From the NCBI GenBank assembly GCA_026015185.1, contig JAOZGX010000070.1, positions 2,378 through 66,377 of the forward strand: a DNA stretch of 64,000 bases. The letters are read 5' to 3'. This DNA comes from Candidatus Bathyarchaeota archaeon (GTDB lineage Archaea; Thermoproteota; Bathyarchaeia; 40CM-2-53-6; RBG-13-38-9). The position numbers and the translations under genes are program-made. Within the stretch, counting starts at the first letter, position 1. Each line of letters opens with the position of its first letter. A model generated the notes under the pieces. The model ran no database searches. It was not told the DNA's origin and was given only the letters and a program-made list of their open reading frames with translations. Below, one piece after another: positions 9,455 to 19,063 of this stretch.

Positions 9455-12358
9455 TTACCAAAATCCTTTTGTCAGAGCTTCTTTCTCTGCTTTCATTATC
9501 AATTTGAACAAATCTGGTGAGATTTCTCTTACTTGATTTAATATTTCATATGCGTCTGATATTTCGATCCTCTTTCCGCTTAATACATAAGCAGCAACTC
9601 TTCCATATTCTTTAATCAAATTTGATGTCTCGAGTATATTTTCTAATAGATTTTTTTCTTTTGAGGATAAATGAGCTTTTGACTTTTGGATTATTTTATT
9701 TATTGTCTCTTCGGATTCATTTGCCATCCCTATAGTAGGCTTACTACATTTTGAACAAGAGATCTTGTCAGGCAATTCTTTAATCTGTGTAATTTTAACC
9801 TGATTCCAGCAATTCGTGCAGACAATTGTTTTGTATTCATTTAGAATTCGTGCTTCTGTAGCTTTAATCAATATTCTTTCTATTTTCTCAGGAGGAATCA
9901 GATCCGTTCTTCTGCTTATCCTCTCCAATCCTATTCTAGTTATGGGAGTGATGTCCTTGCTAGCCTTGATAGTAGCTATACTAATTTTGCCTAATTTTAT
10001 TTCTTCAAAAATTATTAAGGTATTAGGTAGATCTAGATCTTTACTAAAAGTCTCTTTCAAAGCTTCATCAAGAATTACTGTTCCTTCAAAACTCTTCAAG
10101 AGTCTATTCAAAGAAATCCCACGTGATCTCTTAATCCTTTTTGAGATAGCCCCAGCCCGTTTTGCGACTTGGATCATTCTTCTTTTGAAAAGTCCAGATT
10201 TTAAAGATGCTTGTTTTATTAGATCTTTAATCTTAACGCTAGCTAAATCAGCTATAGCCCTTGATACATTGTCACTATTGAAGAAGCCATCATTTTGTAT
10301 AATTATTCTGTATGGATCTTGTTGAATCCCAACCATATGGCCAACTTGTTCAGAAAGTACATGAGCCAATAGTCTTGCCAATGTCCTATTAACAGAGGTC
10401 CCAAAATGTGCATTAATTATAATGTAATCTTTAACATCTTCAATAATGATTTGCTTATCAGATGGTATTGGATGTCCCTGCATTATTTGCTCCAAAGTTT
10501 CTTCTATAGCCCTTTGAATTGTAATCTCATCGCTTGGATAAATTTTTGCAAGTTCATCAACTATTTCCTGTTTATCTTTTCCTTTTTCAATTCCTTTTTC
10601 TATAGACGCTCTAATTTGTCCAACTTCTCTAGCTATTTCAAAAGGAACAGGTATCTCTTCACCAATCCAACTAGGAATTGCGCCAGTTGGATCTTTTATC
10701 GATCTAGCAAAAATTTTGTCCCCACTCATCATGGTCATTTTCCAAGGACTCCCCCTGATAATAAATTTTGTATTAAACCCACCATACTCTGCAACAAAAG
10801 CTTCATCAAGCACACCTATCGGAGAATCTGTACTTTCATCGATCACTAGGAATTGCTTTTGATCAGGAATCATCGATAGTTTTCCAAAGTAATAATGATA
10901 AAGAGCTCTTGTTATTTTTGGTCTAAGAACAATTTGATCTTCAGCAGATATCCAAGCCAACCTTGGAAATCTTGAATGCATATAAATCAGCACAGATTCA
11001 AGTTCTTTCTTGCTCAAATTCCTATAAGGATAGGCTTTCCTAAAAATTTCAAGAATTTCATCAAACATCCATTTACTTCTCTGCATGAGTAAGCCTACAA
11101 TCTGATGGGTCAGAACATCAAAGGGTCTATCAGGAATCATAACAGGTTCAAGCTTTTCCTCATATGCTCTCTTTGCTATAACTAAAGCTTCAAGAGTATC
11201 ATCTGCATCCATTGTGAGAACTGTTCCTTCAGCTAAACGCCCAATGCTATGGCCACTTCTACCAATTCTTTGAATTAGTCTCGTTACTTGTCTTGGACTC
11301 ATATACTGAATGACAAAGTCAATGCTGCCTATATCTAATCCCAATTCTAAAGATGAAGTCGCAACTAAGGCTTTTAGATCTCCATTCTTGAATCCTTTTT
11401 CTGCAGATATTCTGGCTGGTTTTGAAAGAGAACCGTGGTGTATAGAGATGGGAAAATCTGTATCCCATACTTTGAATCTGCTTGTTAGGACTTCAGCAAG
11501 AGAACGAGTATTAGTAAAAAGTATTATTGACTGATGATTCTCGATTAGATCACGCATCACTCGTAATCTTGCAGTGACATCAGGATGCGTATATAATTTC
11601 GATGAAAGCCTATAGTCCGAAGGGTTTGGCTTCGGATAAAGTATTTTCAAAGAAGTCTTGCGAGCAAGAGATACTTTAATTATCTCAACTTCTCTATCAG
11701 TCCCTACCAGAAAACTTCCAACTTCTTCAGGTGTTCCTATAGTAGCAGACAATCCAATTAATTGAAAATCTTTTTTTATTATCCACCTCAATCTCTCAAG
11801 AGCTAGAACTAGCTGGCTTCCTCTTTTATTTTCAGCTAATTCGTGAACTTCATCAACTATAACAAATCGAACTTCCTGTAGATGTTTTTTTAGAATCCTG
11901 CCTGTCAAAATCGCTTGAAGTGTTTCAGGAGTTGTAATAAGCATATCCGGAGGATCTTTTGATTGTCTTGTTCTTTCAGCTGTATCAGTATCTCCATGAC
12001 GAACTGCTACCCTAACATCTAATAAATTACACCACCATTCCACTCTCTCAAGCATATCTCTGTTCAATGCACGTAATGGGGTGATGTAAAGAATCTTTAT
12101 TCCAGAGGCATTTTTATTATTTGAAATGAATTTGCTTAATGTTGGAAGTAATGCCGCTTCAGTTTTCCCACTTGCTGTGGGAGAGATTAGAAGTATGTTT
12201 TTACCTTCAAGTATTAATGGAATAGCTTTTTTTTGTGGCTCTGTTGGACCAGGAAAACCTCTATCTCGTATAGCGTTTTGAATGGGGTCAGCTAATAATG
12301 AAAAGATCTTGTTTTTTTCCAACATTTTAATAAAAGCCGATAAAAAGATTTTGAACAA
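9455..12358 (-). CDS. Lhr-type large ATP-dependent DEAH-box helicase
   Basis: Walker A (SPTASGKTEAA) and DEVH box in SF2 helicase motif order, 967 aa. The C-terminal region carries a CxxC...CxxC zinc ribbon. Confidence 0.7.
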   Translation of the reverse strand: MFKIFLSAFIKMLEKNKIFSLLADPIQNAIRDRGFPGPTEPQKKAIPLILEGKNILLISPTASGKTEAALLPTLSKFISNNKNASGIKILYITPLRALNRDMLERVEWWCNLLDVRVAVRHGDTDTAERTRQSKDPPDMLITTPETLQAILTGRILKKHLQEVRFVIVDEVHELAENKRGSQLVLALERLRWIIKKDFQLIGLSATIGTPEEVGSFLVGTDREVEIIKVSLARKTSLKILYPKPNPSDYRLSSKLYTHPDVTARLRVMRDLIENHQSIILFTNTRSLAEVLTSRFKVWDTDFPISIHHGSLSKPARISAEKGFKNGDLKALVATSSLELGLDIGSIDFVIQYMSPRQVTRLIQRIGRSGHSIGRLAEGTVLTMDADDTLEALVIAKRAYEEKLEPVMIPDRPFDVLTHQIVGLLMQRSKWMFDEILEIFRKAYPYRNLSKKELESVLIYMHSRFPRLAWISAEDQIVLRPKITRALYHYYFGKLSMIPDQKQFLVIDESTDSPIGVLDEAFVAEYGGFNTKFIIRGSPWKMTMMSGDKIFARSIKDPTGAIPSWIGEEIPVPFEIAREVGQIRASIEKGIEKGKDKQEIVDELAKIYPSDEITIQRAIEETLEQIMQGHPIPSDKQIIIEDVKDYIIINAHFGTSVNRTLARLLAHVLSEQVGHMVGIQQDPYRIIIQNDGFFNSDNVSRAIADLASVKIKDLIKQASLKSGLFKRRMIQVAKRAGAISKRIKRSRGISLNRLLKSFEGTVILDEALKETFSKDLDLPNTLIIFEEIKLGKISIATIKASKDITPITRIGLERISRRTDLIPPEKIERILIKATEARILNEYKTIVCTNCWNQVKITQIKELPDKISCSKCSKPTIGMANESEETINKIIQKSKAHLSSKEKNLLENILETSNLIKEYGRVAAYVLSGKRIEISDAYEILNQVREISPDLFKLIMKAEKEALTKGFW

Positions 12359-12498
12359 TAAGAAGAGATTGTTCTATTAAAAGCTTGATATACTTAATAA
12401 GGCCTGATAGAAATCAATATATTTTCTCATTCAAAGAACATGATTTAAATTAACAGAATTAATTAATTCATAAACCTCAAATTAGGAAGTCAATTGAT

Positions 12499-13770
12499 TT
12501 GAGTATCAAATTAGCGGTAATTGCAGACGATCTAACTGGTTCTAATGATACCGGAGTGCAATATTCTAAACAAGGATTAGAAACAATTGTTGTTACAAAA
12601 TTAGAAAATATCCCAAAGATCAAAGATAGAGCAGATGTAATAGTCATTGATAGCGAAAGCAGGGCAGACAAAAGTGAAATTGCATATTCTAAAGTGAAAA
12701 AGGTAGCTGAGTCCATAAAAAAGATCGGAATTGATGTCGTCTATAAGAAGATAGATTCAACTTTAAGAGGAAATATTGGACCGGAATTAGATGCAATAAT
12801 GGATGTTTTCAATTATAATCTCGCAACTCTCGTTCCAGCTTTTCCAGCAAATAGAAGAATAACTGTTGGAGGTTATCAATTAGTAAATCAAGTACCTCTC
12901 AACTTAACTGAAATTTCAAAAGATCCGTTAACACCTGTAAAAGAGTCTCATGTCCCATCTCTACTAAAAAAACAAACAAAAAGAGATGTAATGCATATAC
13001 CGCTTTCAAAAGTTATGAATCCTTCTGATTTAGTAGAAGAGCTTAAGAAAATCAAGAAAGAGAAGAGCGGTATAGTAATTATTGATGCTGTTACCCAAAA
13101 TGATTTGAAAACGATAGCTAAAACCCTATCAATAGTTGGCCTTGAAAGATTAACAAGTGGTCCTGCAGGATTAGCCGAAGAAATGCCCGAGGCACTAGGA
13201 TTAGTTACTGGAAAACCCGCTGTTTTGATTTCAGGAAGCGTTAGCGAGGTAACGATGAGACAAATCAATAAAATAGAAGAGTCTCTGGGCACTGAGGCGA
13301 TAAAGCTGGATGTTAATAAAATCATTAAAGAAGAAGAATTAAAGAGTAAGGAAATCGACCGAGTCTTAAAGAATGTAAAATCGAATATTCTAAAGAAGAG
13401 GGATTCAATAATTACTTCAGCTATTTCAAAAGAGGCTGTTGAGGAAAATATCGAGTTTGGGAGTAAACTAGGTTTATCTAGTGTTGAAATAAGCAAAGAG
13501 ATCGCTAAAACTTTTGGTGAGATCGCAAAAAAAATAGCTGGAGAAAACATTGCTGGATTAATTTTAACCGGCGGCTCCATCGCAATAAGTGCATTAAAAG
13601 CTATGGAAGCTTTAGGTGTAAAAGTCACAAAGGAGATAATGCCTGGAATCCCAAGTGGCATAGTGATCGGTGGTAAATTTGACGGGTTTAGAGTTATTAC
13701 AAAAGCTGGGGCATTTGGAGATGAATTTGCATTATTAAACTGTTTGAAGCAATTAAAAAGAAGTGAATAA
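12499..13770 (+). CDS. Four-carbon acid-sugar kinase (DUF1537 family; OtnK/DtnK-like)
   Basis: N-terminal 'LAVIADDLTGSNDTG' signature of DUF1537 kinases. 423 aa, and overlaps the start of the pdxA-family gene. Confidence 0.7.
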   Translation: MSIKLAVIADDLTGSNDTGVQYSKQGLETIVVTKLENIPKIKDRADVIVIDSESRADKSEIAYSKVKKVAESIKKIGIDVVYKKIDSTLRGNIGPELDAIMDVFNYNLATLVPAFPANRRITVGGYQLVNQVPLNLTEISKDPLTPVKESHVPSLLKKQTKRDVMHIPLSKVMNPSDLVEELKKIKKEKSGIVIIDAVTQNDLKTIAKTLSIVGLERLTSGPAGLAEEMPEALGLVTGKPAVLISGSVSEVTMRQINKIEESLGTEAIKLDVNKIIKEEELKSKEIDRVLKNVKSNILKKRDSIITSAISKEAVEENIEFGSKLGLSSVEISKEIAKTFGEIAKKIAGENIAGLILTGGSIAISALKAMEALGVKVTKEIMPGIPSGIVIGGKFDGFRVITKAGAFGDEFALLNCLKQLKRSE

Positions 13771-14797
13771 TTTGACGAATGAATTTAAACCGATCATAGC
13801 TATTACAATGGGAGATGCAGCAGGAATAGGAGCCGAGATTACTGATAAGACGCTTGCTAAAAAAGAGATTTACGATTTATGCAATCCAATAGTTGTCGGA
13901 GATCTAAACACATTAAAAGATCATATGAAAGTGGCAAAAGTCGATCTTGAGTTCAATTCTATAGAAAAAGTTTCAGATGCTGGATTTAATTTTGGAACTG
14001 TAGATGTAATCGATTTAAAGAATATTGAACTAGAGAAGCTGGTGATGGGACGACCACAAGCAATGGCAGGAAAGGCTTCATTTGAATATGTAAAGAAAGC
14101 AGTTGAGTTGGCACTTGATGGTGAAGTTCACGCAATAGCCACCGCCCCGCTCAATAAAGAAGCCATGAATATGGCCGGCATAAAATATGCTGGACATACT
14201 GAAATTTTGGCTGATTTGACGAACGCTAAAGATTATGCTATGATGCTTGCAGCTGGGAATTTTAGAGTGATTCATGTCTCAACTCATGTTTCCATGAGAG
14301 AAGCCTGTGATTTAGTTAAGAAAGATAGAGTTTTGCGAGTGATACAATTAGCAAATGAAGTATTACTTAACTTAGGAATAAAAGAACCAAAAATAGTGGT
14401 ATCAGGCTTAAATCCACATTCAGGAGAATCAGGACTCTTTGGAAAGGAAGAAATTGAAGAGGTTGAACCTGCAATGGAAGAAGCTAAGAAACTCGGAATT
14501 AATGTTGTAGGACTCTATCCACCGGACACGGTATTCCTTAGAGCCAGCAAAGGAGAATTTGACATAGTCATCGCAATGTATCATGATCAAGGTCACATTC
14601 CACTCAAGATGGCTGGTTTTGAATTGGGTATTAACGTAACAGTAGGTTTACCTATCATAAGAAGTTCAGTAGATCATGGTACCGCTTATAGACGTGCTGG
14701 TTTAAGATTAGGAACAGGAGACCCAACAAGCTTAATAGAGGCATTAAAATTTGCAACCCAAATGGCTAAAGGTAAGTTCGGTTCAATAAAAGCTTAG
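13763..14797 (+). CDS. pdxA: PdxA-family NAD-dependent dehydrogenase (4-phospho-threonate/erythronate dehydrogenase, PdxA2-like)
   Basis: 'ITMGDAAGIGAEI', HTEILADL and GLNPHSGE motifs of PdxA. Translationally coupled to the DUF1537 kinase. Confidence 0.75.
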   Translation: MNNLTNEFKPIIAITMGDAAGIGAEITDKTLAKKEIYDLCNPIVVGDLNTLKDHMKVAKVDLEFNSIEKVSDAGFNFGTVDVIDLKNIELEKLVMGRPQAMAGKASFEYVKKAVELALDGEVHAIATAPLNKEAMNMAGIKYAGHTEILADLTNAKDYAMMLAAGNFRVIHVSTHVSMREACDLVKKDRVLRVIQLANEVLLNLGIKEPKIVVSGLNPHSGESGLFGKEEIEEVEPAMEEAKKLGINVVGLYPPDTVFLRASKGEFDIVIAMYHDQGHIPLKMAGFELGINVTVGLPIIRSSVDHGTAYRRAGLRLGTGDPTSLIEALKFATQMAKGKFGSIKA

Positions 14798-14802
14798 GAT
14801 CC

Positions 14803-14811
14803 TTTTTTTTT
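14803..14811 (+). terminator. Oligo-T (T9) archaeal terminator after pdxA
   Basis: T9 run 6 nt after the pdxA stop codon. Confidence 0.4.
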
Positions 14812-14834
14812 AGAAAAATCTAATTCTAGCAAGA

Positions 14835-15044
14835 ATGCTGTTTGTCGAAAGCAAGGATCATGGTCATCTAATCACAAGGTTAAATACATACAAAATAAAA
14901 TTCCGAACCGAACCATATGCCTTAACATTAAAATTTAGTACAGAAGATCGTGAACGAAAATATGACCTGAAATTGACTTCGTATGATGACATAAATCGGG
15001 ATAGCATCGATAAGAAAGTAAGACCTATCAATCCTTGGCTTTAA
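14835..15044 (+). CDS. Hypothetical small protein (69 aa)
   Basis: ORF only; no recognisable motif. Confidence 0.2.
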   Translation: MLFVESKDHGHLITRLNTYKIKFRTEPYALTLKFSTEDRERKYDLKLTSYDDINRDSIDKKVRPINPWL

Positions 15045-15131
15045 GCCTAAAATATGCTTACTTCCTTATTTTTTATTACTAGTATTCTGAATCAGGTAGA
15101 TTTTTGTTAATCAATCTTTAGTTATATTAGC

Positions 15132-15809
15132 ATGCCACAAAAAGAGTCCAAGGGAAATATCATAATCAAACTAGTGCTCTTCATATTTGTCATGTTGGCT
15201 ATCCTTCTTTTCCCAGCAGGCACCTTCAACTGGCCTGAAGCTTGGTTATATCTCCTAATCAACATTTGTTATTTCATACCAACATTTCTGTACTTAAAGA
15301 AACATAATCCCGAATTACTCAAAAGACGAGCTAAAATTAAACCAGAAAAAGGATGGGATATGGTCATTACGGTAGCAGCTTCAATTCTTTTCATACCAAT
15401 GTTTGTAATCACAGGTCTTGATGCAGTTCGTTTTGGTTGGTCTTTAGTGCCTGTTGAATTAAAGGTAGTTGGATTTGTAGGAATTATCTTTTCATTCATC
15501 ATTTTGTTTTTGGTAATGAGAGAGAACGCCTACCTTTTCAGAGTAGTAAAGGTCCAAAAAGGTCAAAAGCTAGTAACTACAGGCCCATACAGTATCGTGA
15601 GACATCCAATGTATGTGGCTGTTATGACCCAATTCACTTGCATTCCTTTGGCCCTCGGCTCGTTCTATGGACTAATCCCAGCCATAATAATCGACATTTT
15701 CATCGTCATACGCACTTATCTTGAGGACAAAACATTACTCAAAGAACTCAAAGGCTACAAGAAGTATGCCAAAAAGACCTCATATCGACTTCTGCCTGGG
15801 GTTTGGTAA
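15132..15809 (+). CDS. Membrane methyltransferase-family protein (isoprenylcysteine carboxyl methyltransferase/PEMT-like)
   Basis: Multi-TM protein with the C-terminal 'TTGPYSIVRHPMYVAV' motif characteristic of ICMT/PEMT-fold enzymes. Confidence 0.5.
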   Translation: MPQKESKGNIIIKLVLFIFVMLAILLFPAGTFNWPEAWLYLLINICYFIPTFLYLKKHNPELLKRRAKIKPEKGWDMVITVAASILFIPMFVITGLDAVRFGWSLVPVELKVVGFVGIIFSFIILFLVMRENAYLFRVVKVQKGQKLVTTGPYSIVRHPMYVAVMTQFTCIPLALGSFYGLIPAIIIDIFIVIRTYLEDKTLLKELKGYKKYAKKTSYRLLPGVW

Positions 15810-15825
15810 CCAAATAATAGACATC

Positions 15826-15839
15826 TTTTTTTTTATTTT
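15826..15839 (+). terminator. Oligo-T terminator
   Basis: T9ATTTT run about 17 nt after the stop at 15809. Confidence 0.35.
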
Positions 15840-16005
15840 AAGTGAGTGCTAATGAATATCTCAACAATTTAAGAAAAACTATAACAAACATGTAATAGAG
15901 AAATTCGACTGGCCAAGAATTAATGATAAATAATTAATTATTATTGAACAGATTATCTTATAATGATAAAAATTCTTTAAACTTCAATTGAGAAGAGTTT
16001 AAAAT

Positions 16006-16404
16006 ATGAAAAATTCTGACACTACTACTGTTGTGATAGTGATTTTCTTCGTCGTATTGGGGTTTATTGTAATCACAAATCCGTCTTTCAAAGATATGAC
16101 TCGAGATACAATGACTAATCTCGAAGAAGGTGCTCAACACACGGACATAGAAGTTGTTTCATTTGAAATTGAATCTGATCCTAATATCCCAGGTAACGTC
16201 ATAACCCACTTAGTATTAAGAAACAAGGGAGAATCCAGTTACTTTAATGTGCAATACTATTCTAATAATGTTGCAATACTAGGAGAATCGTATTACTTAG
16301 AGTCAGGAGATGTCACAATGTTTACAGAAAATTTCAGCAATATCTTCAGTGAAGAGATTGATTACAAAGTTAATGAACAAGGACGTGGTAACAATATCCG
16401 CTAG
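16006..16404 (+). CDS. Hypothetical membrane-anchored protein
   Basis: An N-terminal TM helix (VVIVIFFVVLGFIVI) followed by a soluble domain. No recognisable motif. Confidence 0.35.
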   Translation: MKNSDTTTVVIVIFFVVLGFIVITNPSFKDMTRDTMTNLEEGAQHTDIEVVSFEIESDPNIPGNVITHLVLRNKGESSYFNVQYYSNNVAILGESYYLESGDVTMFTENFSNIFSEEIDYKVNEQGRGNNIR

Positions 16405-16430
16405 CTTGGTAGTAGAAAATCAATTCTTTA

Positions 16431-17516
16431 TTAATCTGGATTTGGATATTGAGGGTCATTATCTTTTGTCCAGAGAGATTTTGAATTTGGGTTTTCAATA
16501 TCTCCATAGGGATCTGAATTAAATCCCCACTCTACAACAGAGGACCCTATATAAACACCAAAATGAAGGTGTGGTTGTCTCTTAACTAATGTTCCTGATC
16601 TGTCTGAGAACGCTATAAGCTGCCCTCTTTTTACTCTTTCTTTCGTTTTAACAAATAAACCATCATCTAAGTGGCAATAATAAGTTTTCATACCATTATC
16701 GTGGTAGATCATAATTCTATTTCCATGTTTTCTATGGTAATTATTCAATTTAGAAAATGAAGTATGCCAACCATCTTCGGTTAATATAGTTGTACCTGGA
16801 GCAGCAGCAACTATCAGTTGACCATTAGACATATAAAAGTCAGTTCCTGCATGGCCATCGTATGTTTGATTCCCGCCTTTCCAGTCTCGGATCTTCCCAT
16901 CCTTTATAAAAGGGGGACCTCCATGGTCATAGAAGGAGGTCTCTTGGAATTCCCAATTTGTACCATCTCTAATCGGTAATGTTAAGAAACCCTCCATCAG
17001 CCCCAATGATATTTCAGGCATGTTGGAATTGGCAATAAATTTGTAATCGGAATTCTCCCTGAATTCTTTGTTAGAGATCGATAGATACCTGTATTTTCTC
17101 AATGTATCTTTAGAAAATATAACTTCATACTCTATCCCGTCAATCAAATCATCTAATCTATAAATTCCATTACCATTTCCTCTAATCCTGTCAAGGATTC
17201 TATTACCATTATCATCAAAAACATCAAAACTAGCATCTTGGATAACTGGTTCATCATCTTGTTTTGCACCATCTCCATGATAGTCGTGGAATAACAGTAA
17301 TTCTAAGTCGATTTTTTCAAAAGTTTTGGTAGTTGTTGAGGTAACAATGGGTTCAGGTGTCAATGTTTGAATAGGTGAAGGAGAATGTTCAGGTTGAGTA
17401 GTTAAATCCTGAATTAATGGACTCCAATAATCCTTTGTTAAATAACCTACACTCGCAGCTGCTACTAATCCAGTTCCTGCATAAAGAAATTTTCTTCTAG
17501 AAATTTTGGCAGACAA
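16431..17516 (-). CDS. Tat-signal secreted M23-family (LytM-like) metallopeptidase
   Basis: N-terminal twin-arginine motif (SRRKFLYAGTGLVAAAS). The C-terminal region has the HAGTD...HLHFGVY (HxxxD/HxH) zinc-ligand motifs of the M23 family. Confidence 0.6.
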   Translation of the reverse strand: MSAKISRRKFLYAGTGLVAAASVGYLTKDYWSPLIQDLTTQPEHSPSPIQTLTPEPIVTSTTTKTFEKIDLELLLFHDYHGDGAKQDDEPVIQDASFDVFDDNGNRILDRIRGNGNGIYRLDDLIDGIEYEVIFSKDTLRKYRYLSISNKEFRENSDYKFIANSNMPEISLGLMEGFLTLPIRDGTNWEFQETSFYDHGGPPFIKDGKIRDWKGGNQTYDGHAGTDFYMSNGQLIVAAAPGTTILTEDGWHTSFSKLNNYHRKHGNRIMIYHDNGMKTYYCHLDDGLFVKTKERVKRGQLIAFSDRSGTLVKRQPHLHFGVYIGSSVVEWGFNSDPYGDIENPNSKSLWTKDNDPQYPNPD

Positions 17517-17574
17517 TAATAGTCAAAAATATAGTTTGAAGAATTAATGATAAAAAATTAACTTACGAAAATGA

Positions 17575-17600
17575 TGTAAGTAGTGGGATTCGAACCCATT
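17575..17600 (-). other. tRNA-like 3' fragment (T-arm GGGTTCGAATCCCA plus acceptor 3' strand) without a recognisable 5' half
   Basis: Minus strand reads aatGGGTTCGAATCCCActacttaca, a canonical T-loop. I could not fold a complete cloverleaf from the flanking sequence. Confidence 0.3.
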
Positions 17601-17922
17601 AGAAATATATTACTTCTCAAAAAGCAAGTAATGCTTGATCCAAATGTCTCGGCCAGTTGCTTGATAGGTATGGAGACGCCAACCCTTCTCTTGCCATTCG
17701 GCAATTGTTCTACCGATATTTCTATGGTTATCAATTTGCACACATATGTAATCTTTCACCTAAATTCACCTCATTTATGACATAGGTTTAGACCCATAAA
17801 TAAGGAAAATCTTTCATTCATATTTATTATTGATTTTGAGAACTCACTGCTCAAACTTGTGAAAGGAAGATGTATGATGATGTTTTGAGATTTTTCATAG
17901 AGAGATATGAGAAGAAATAATA

Positions 17923-17932
17923 GCGCGCGCGC
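17923..17932. repeat. Alternating (GC)5 tract, palindromic with flanks (tAGCGCGCGCGCTta)
   Basis: Read directly from the sequence. Extremely unlikely by chance at ~33% GC. Confidence 0.9.
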
Positions 17933-18278
17933 TTATCTTCATTAGTGATAATTAAGATTTTTTTCTATGTGTGTGTGGGTACCTTGGTGCGAGCACTTAC
18001 TTGAACTCGAATATTAAACCGGAATTTTATCATAATCTTGCCCATAGATAACCTCATGATTTTTCAGGACCCTAATATTATAGAATGTTAGAACTCTTGT
18101 CTAGAGTTCCTCAATTATTACCCTCTTTTCATTAGGCTTGAATCGAACTTTAACTTTGATAGTTTCTGTAATTTTGAATGGGAATGCAGTATCCTTTATC
18201 AGGCTCATAGGTAAGTATACAAAGTATTTGCCATCTTTCCTCTTGAAGATGCTTCCAACGCCTTGATTTACCAACTAT
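17933..18278. repeat. Direct repeat copy 1 (~346 bp, ~85-88% identical to 18712..19058)
   Basis: Aligned by eye. Both copies begin TTATCTTCATT(A/G)GTGATAATTAAG and end ...TACCAAC. Confidence 0.8.
18101..18274 (-). CDS. AbrB/MazE-like swapped-hairpin mini-protein (57 aa, TTG start), copy 1
   Basis: Core GVGSIFKRKDGKYFVYLPM.L.KDTAFPFKITETIKVKVRF.PN.KR is identical in both repeat copies, while the termini diverge. The AbrB-like call is by pattern only. Confidence 0.35.
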   Translation of the reverse strand: MVNQGVGSIFKRKDGKYFVYLPMSLIKDTAFPFKITETIKVKVRFKPNEKRVIIEEL

Positions 18279-18302
18279 AGTTTAACCACCATGCAAATAT
18301 TT

Positions 18303-18539
18303 CTAGATTCCTTCAGCAACGGTCATTGTTATAGTGCTTCTTACTTCACTTAGACTTCGAATATTACGAGTTACCATTTCCTTCAGTATGTCCATGTTTT
18401 CAGCTTCGACCTTAACTACTATATCATAAACACCGTAAACTATGTGTGCTTCTTTTACATTGCTGATGCTTCTTAATTGTTTGAGGAGATTTTTTTCTTC
18501 TCCCAATTCAGTACTTATGAATACAAAAGCCGTAACCAT
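18303..18539 (-). CDS. Stand-alone RAM (Lrp/AsnC C-terminal ligand-binding) domain protein
   Basis: 78 aa with the beta-alpha-beta-beta-alpha-beta pattern and the GVYDIVVKVEAENMD motif typical of AsnC RAM domains. Confidence 0.55.
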   Translation of the reverse strand: MVTAFVFISTELGEEKNLLKQLRSISNVKEAHIVYGVYDIVVKVEAENMDILKEMVTRNIRSLSEVRSTITMTVAEGI

Positions 18540-18711
18540 ATTTTTCCCATGGCAACAGTTATTTTTGGGGCGGAATCGGATTCGGTAGGAAGATTAGTAG
18601 TTCTTAGCTGGAGATTGAGAAAAACGCCTTAATACTAAAAGCGAAACTCAAGATTCCGCTTTCCCAATAACCCATTCATGTAGGTATACAGGTAAATGCA
18701 ATAGATAAGGA

Positions 18712-19058
18712 TTATCTTCATTGGTGATAATTAAGATTTTTCTGTGTGTTTGGGTAACTTCGTGCGGACATTGAAATTTAAATTCTAATATGGAACTGTG
18801 GGTTTTATCATAATCTTGTGCATGGATAGTCTCATGATTTTTTAGGACCCTAATATCATAGAATGTTAGAACTCTTGTCTAGATTCCCTCAAATACTATT
18901 CTTTTTTGATTAGGTCTGAATCGAACTTTAACTTTGATAGTTTCTGTAATTTTGAATGGAAATGCAGTATCTTTTACGAGTCTCATAGGTAAGTATACAA
19001 AGTATTTGCCATCTTTCCTCTTGAATATGCTTCCAACACCTTCGCTTACCAACATATG
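18712..19058. repeat. Direct repeat copy 2
   Basis: See copy 1. Confidence 0.8.
18879..19055 (-). CDS. AbrB/MazE-like swapped-hairpin mini-protein (58 aa, ATG start), copy 2
   Basis: MLVSEGVGSIFKRKDGKYFVYLPMRLVKDTAFPFKITETIKVKVRFRPNQKRIVFEGI. An AAGGGG sits 7 nt upstream of the ATG. Confidence 0.4.
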   Translation of the reverse strand: MLVSEGVGSIFKRKDGKYFVYLPMRLVKDTAFPFKITETIKVKVRFRPNQKRIVFEGI

Positions 19059-19063
19059 ACCCC

